From assembly GCA_964270895.1 (NCBI GenBank), contig OZ185448.1: a stretch of 64,000 nucleotides of DNA. One strand, given 5' to 3'. Below, in pieces: positions 59,119 to 64,000 of the stretch. A program made the translations under genes and the position numbers. This DNA is from Podarcis filfolensis. Lineage: Eukaryota. Positions within the stretch are counted from its first letter, which is position 1; each line of letters opens with the position of its first letter. Below the pieces are notes generated by a model. That model did not search any database and was not told where the DNA came from. It worked only from the letters and a program-made list of their open reading frames with translations.

Positions 59119-59343
59119 AGTGGTATCTCGGGTTAAGTACTTAATTCGTTCCGGAGGTCCGTTCTTAACCTGAAACTGTTCTTAACCTGAAGCACCACTT
59201 TAGCTAATGGGGCCTCCCACTGCCACCGCGCCGCCAGAGCACAATTTCTGTTCTCATCCTGAAGCAAAGTTCTTAACCTGAGGTACTATTTCTGGGTTAG
59301 CGGAGTCTGTAACCTGAAACGTATGTAACCCGAGGTACCACTG
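59119..59343 (-). mobile_element. Tc1/mariner-type MITE abutting the gap
   Basis: AGTGGTATCTCGGGTTA ... TAACCCGAGGTACCACTG|TA. Reverse copy of the 47513-47738 family. Confidence 0.9.
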
Positions 59344-61799
59344 TATTAGCAAATTGGCTAAGAGTATATTGGCTCTGTTCTGTTGCTAGGGTTGCCAGAC
59401 TTCCAGGTCTGGCCTGAACTCTTCAGGTTTCAAGTATATATAGTTCTCAGGAGCTGGCTGCAAATTAAAGCATTGACACTTGGAGGGAGGTGTGTGTGGC
59501 AGGTCTGCCTTCCTCCACTCCCTTCTCCCAATTTACCTGCATCTTCAGGGCCAACCTTGTGACATCACCAGGGGCTGCCCTAGGTCTCAGGTTTGGGTCC
59601 TGAAATCATAGGGCACACGGGACGTCCCTGATTTAGAGAAGCCGTCCCAGTTTCTGATTTGATCCTGGAATGTCCCACTTTTCCTTAGGATGTCACTATT
59701 TTCATTGGAAAAATGTGGGAGGGTATGGGCATTATCTGGCCTCCAAGCGTTTTTTAAAAAAATGTTTTATTAAGTGTTATTTATTAAGTGTTTATTAAGT
59801 TTTTTTAATGTTTTATTATTTTTTAATGTATTATTATTTATTTTTATATATGTTGGAAGCTGCCCAGAGTGGCTGGGGCAACCCAGTGAGATGTGTTGGG
59901 TACAAATAGTAAAATTATCATTATGGAATGGGACGTCCCTATTCTCATCGGATAAAGGTTGGAGGGTATGTCCAGGTCTCAGTTGCTCCTGGCCTGGCAG
60001 CCATAGTTGTTGCCCGGAACACATTCTTTAAGCATGGTCAAAAGGGCAGTTGTTGTGGCCAAATGGCAGGAAAGTGAAGCCAGGACACATGTCCCAGCCC
60101 AGTTGTCTACAACTCCCTTGAGCCCCACCCAGTTGCAGTCCAAAGCAGGAGTTCAGCGAAGGCTGTCCTAGCTGATCTAGTAGCTTTCCTGCAGCTTTCG
60201 TGCCTGCTGACCACATCAGGACCACGTGGCTCTGAATCTGGCCCATTGCAAACTTTTCAGCAGTAGCATTAAGGAGAGTCTTATGCAGAAATCTCTCATG
60301 TGCATGCTTTTGGGGTATGTGGTTTGGGTGTTTTTTTTTGCATGTTTTGAGTTTGCTTTAATTAGTTATGTTCTGTTTTCTACCGTCACCACCCCACATG
60401 TTGCCTCCAAGGTTCTTCTCAGGAAAATGTGGACTCCCTAGCTTCCCTTTTCTCCCCCAGTTGTCTAAGGCACAAGCTGCAAGCGTTCTCTCCAGCATCT
60501 AACTCCCTGCATCCTTTTTCCTTCTGCAATGAGGAAGGGGGTTGTTTTGTAAAAGCAGGTGATGGCTCTGTCTTCAGTTAACTAGTTTCACACACAGAGG
60601 AATGGTCACCTCTCTTCTGGCTTTGTATTTACAAGATCCTATTTTTGGCCACTTGATTGCAGCAACAGAAAAGAGCAAATCCGGAAATAGAGTAAACCTC
60701 ACAGGAATGTAGGAAAGGGCCTGGGACTCTGCCATATAACAAATCACAATATCGACCCATCTAGATCTCCATGTTGGCTCTCCTAACTGACAGCACTGCT
60801 CAAGTATGGAAGCCTGAGTTTTTTGTACCTTTTAAAAAAAAATTCCTATCATTTAAATGCATTGCTTACTTCTTGCCCCTCAGGCTCTTGGAGGCAGATG
60901 TAAACAAGAGCCCAGACTTTGGGAGGAGGGAGCAAAGAATCCCTGCTGCCACCATGGCCAAGACGCACCGTGCTTTCTCTTTCTCTCTCTCTCCTTGTAG
61001 AAGCCTCCTCTGGCAGCTACAACAGACGGGTCTCCGAAGGACACGCTCTGGAAAGGGTAGGTTTGCCAGGTTGCATATGGCTGTTATGAATCAAACATGA
61101 CAGACGGTGCACAGGCAGTAAGCCTCTTCCACGAAGTCAGGTGCCTTCTTATCAGCTGGCCTTCGGAAGCAAGAGTGGGGAATACGATATTTTAAGCACA
61201 AGGAAGCAAAAGTTATGGCTAAGTGCCTGGTGTGCAAGGAGTCAGACGAGCTGATTTCTAGCGCCAGAGCCATCCTCTTCCCTGTTAGGAAGTGCTGTAG
61301 GTTTGCCAGTCTTCACTTGGCATTTAAATAAATAAAACTCAGATCACAAAAAAGACAGGTAAAACACACAAGGGAAAAATGACAATTAATATTCTAGTGA
61401 ATATTACGGTAGCCAACACAAGGTGAGAAATACATCCCGACCCATCAACGCCCCCTGGTGAGTGTACCCAAACAGGAGCTGTCCTCTTGCGAACAGCTGG
61501 AGTTGGGTGGGCAGAGCTGTGAAAGGCACAGAAGCTGGGAAACAGTTTCACCTGGATATAAGGCAGCAATGTAAACACTCCTCTGCTTGATGCCTGGCGA
61601 TGGCTCCCTAGCCTTGCCACCTGTGTGCTGCAACCTTGTACCGTTTTTTGTGTGAGGGATGATGAGTCTGGAAGGGGTGGGGATCCGAGCCCCCCAGGAG
61701 ATAAAGGGCAGCTGTGTGCCTCTGTGCCCAGATGAGGAAGGGGCTCCCTAGCCCAGCCCTGTCGCCAGCCCGCCCGAGGCACACCTGCCCCACCTGTCA

Positions 61800-61951
61800 A
61801 GAGAGCAAACAGGTGACACGTAAGCTGCCGGCCGGGCTGTGTGCGAAGCAGGTGGGGCCCCTCCGGCTGCTGTTCCTCCGCTAGCTGGGCTGGGGAGAAT
61901 GTGCCTTGGGCGAGAGCACGCTGCTGCTGCTGTGGTGTTGCTGTCCAAGAG
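61800..61951 (+). other. Possible non-coding 5' exon of RAB27A
   Basis: A GC/CpG-enriched patch ends in a consensus donor GAG|GTGAGT at 61951/61952. The assignment to RAB27A is by synteny only, and no RAB27A coding sequence was seen. Confidence 0.3.
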
Positions 61952-63505
61952 GTGAGTGGCTTTTCCTTTCTGGGGCGATGCCTGGGGTGCAGTCCAGGGG
62001 AGCAGCAGTCGGTGGGGGTGGGGACATGGCTTGAGGCAGCTTGGTGCTGAAAGTGATCATTTACCTGGTCAGTTGTTAGTCAACACCTGGGGGGGAGGGA
62101 GGGGACTCAGCTGCTGCTGGGGATTCAAGCTCACTTTGAAAAGGTGGCTTTCCTGATCCTGACCTCTGCCTTCCAGCTGTGCTGTTTTTCAGTGCAGGAA
62201 CTTCCATTTGTATTATTTGGGTGTAAGAATGAGCTGCAGGGAGCCCCCAAGCAGAGGGCCTTTCCCCTCAAAGCCAGCAGCTCTCTTTCAGCAAGCAGCA
62301 AGCAGCAAGCAGCATAGCTCTACCCTAAAAGACCCAGGGTGCCCTTGGGCAGGCTAGGAACTTGGAATCAGTCCCCCCTCAACCATGCATCCCTTTTAAA
62401 ATGAGACTGCCTGAACTCAAGCTGTTTGCCCAAACCCATCCAGTGCTCTCCAGATGTTTTGAATGATAGTTGCCGCAGCTGCAGCATCTGGCGTCCCAAA
62501 TATCTGAAGAACACCAGGTTAGGAAAGGCCTGCCTAAAGCCAGGGATTACCGTATTTAACGGGGTCTAACGCACCATTGAATCCAATGCACCTCTCAATT
62601 TTCAGAACCTTGAAACCAAAAAAAGTAATTGCTGGCAAATGTAAATGTGCGTAGAATCCTAATGCTCACCTTAATTTTTGCAATGTAATTTGGCCAAAAA
62701 AGCTGAGCATTAGATTTGAGTAAATACCGTATGTGCAACCAGCTTAACACTGGTGCAAATTGTGTATAGGTGCAGCAGCTGCAGCAGCAGCACATAGGAC
62801 AGATGCTGAGGGGTTAATTCCAGCCACTTTTAGCGAAATGTTCAGGTCAGGGAGAAGCAGCAGGCAGAGCAGAGTGCTGCTGATTATGGCTGGGACTGTT
62901 CGCCTTGCAGCTTCCCAAGAGCCATGTTTTGTCCCTTTCTGGAATCCCAGGTTTGGCCATCAGTGGAAATCTGCTTTATGTGGCCGCTGCACACAGAGCT
63001 GGTCCATGTGCTGGCACTGGTCCATTCTCAGGGCAGAACTTCTTGTGCACTGCTGCAAACCCTCCCAAATGGGAGGCTGGCTTGGCATGTGATGAGTCCA
63101 ATAGCAGCCTCTGCTCCTGCACGGCTCCAGTTTGCACCATGCAGGCCTTGCAAATGGCTGCTGTGTGCTCAGGTGGTCCTGTGGGTCCTCCTTTAGTCTT
63201 ATGTGATGCTGCTCTGAGGATTCTGCCTGGCCAAACCCTCCCTGAAGTGGAGGCTCTTCCAGGTCTTATTGTGCCATCTGCACCTTGTTTATGTCCTCCT
63301 GAAGGTATAGATTGCTATACTAATAGGCATTTGGTGGTGTGTGATGACATTTGCAAAAATGTTGTAGATGGTCATCATGCTGACTAACCCGCCTGCTGAA
63401 ATCCTGCCTGGGCTTTGCTGCTGTTCTTGTGGAAGGGCTCCTGGGCTGTTTAGCTTTAACCTAAATAGACTAAGGGTGGAGACCGCTTCTTAAATATTTG
63501 TGCAG

Positions 63506-63538
63506 GGAGGAGGAGGAGGAGGAGGAGGAGGAGGAGGA
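63506..63538 (+). repeat. (GGA)n microsatellite
   Basis: Read directly from the sequence. Confidence 0.95.
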
Positions 63539-64000
63539 TGAAGCTTAACCCTGCAGGACAACAATAGTCTTGCTGCCTCTCTTATCTGTGCCAACCTTCC
63601 TTGGGAGAGATTTTCGGCTGGTTTCCTCTCAGGGATTATCATGCCAAGGCATCAATGAGGTGTTGTCTTTTCTTTTTTCCTAAATAGCATATCTAGCCCT
63701 CAGCCTGTCATAACAGCCCCATCTTCCTGCTCACCCCTTTCCACAGGTAGAACAGCTTGTTCATTACTAGACTATTTTTGTATTTTCTTAACTGCCTTGA
63801 GCGCCGTGTTCTGAAGACAGGAAGGACAGGTAGGAATTTTAAAAATAAATCATGAAAACCCGTGCAGGTTGGAAGTACAGGTCAGCACAATTTAGCTCCG
63901 TTACCATCAGCTGAAAACCTATAAAAAGCACCTTGGCATCATTTCCCCTGACTTTAAAGTTCCTTCTTCCAAAACCAGGCTGAAACACAGTCAATAAGCC

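Noticed and set aside
62760-63387. Overlapping 90-160 aa ORFs near the right end
   Set aside because: They have no Rab GTPase motifs or other homology and lie in what is probably RAB27A intronic sequence.
1-64000. CRISPR arrays, operons or defence systems
   Set aside because: The window is intron-rich vertebrate DNA with no regularly spaced repeat-spacer array.

Overview
This is eukaryotic genomic DNA from a squamate reptile; a lacertid lizard is inferred from the Sauria-type SINEs and MITE content. It holds the conserved vertebrate block corresponding to human 15q21.3. I assembled five genes by hand from splice sites and reading phase: DNAAF4/DYX1C1 (+, 9 coding exons, 416 aa), PIERCE2/C15orf65 (-, about 117 aa), CCPG1 (+, 8 coding exons, 814 aa long and 760 aa short isoforms), PIGB (-, 12 exons, 538 aa) and the microprotein PIGBOS1 (+, 61 aa). 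By synteny, PYGO1 should lie to the left and RAB27A to the right; no coding exon of either was seen. There are three CpG-island promoters, two of them bidirectional, plus many SINE, CR1/L2 and MITE insertions (several nested) and one 200-N gap. The most notable observations are a U12-type PIGB intron with rare AT-AA termini, a PIGBOS1 ORF inside the CpG island with a Gly/Ala/Arg/Pro-rewritten tail, and two clusters of phase-compatible minus-strand exon candidates at 51.3-53.4 kb and 55.0-57.8 kb that I cannot assign to any known gene. Gene identities come from recalled human orthologue sequences, not from a database search. There are no prokaryotic features such as CRISPR arrays or operons.
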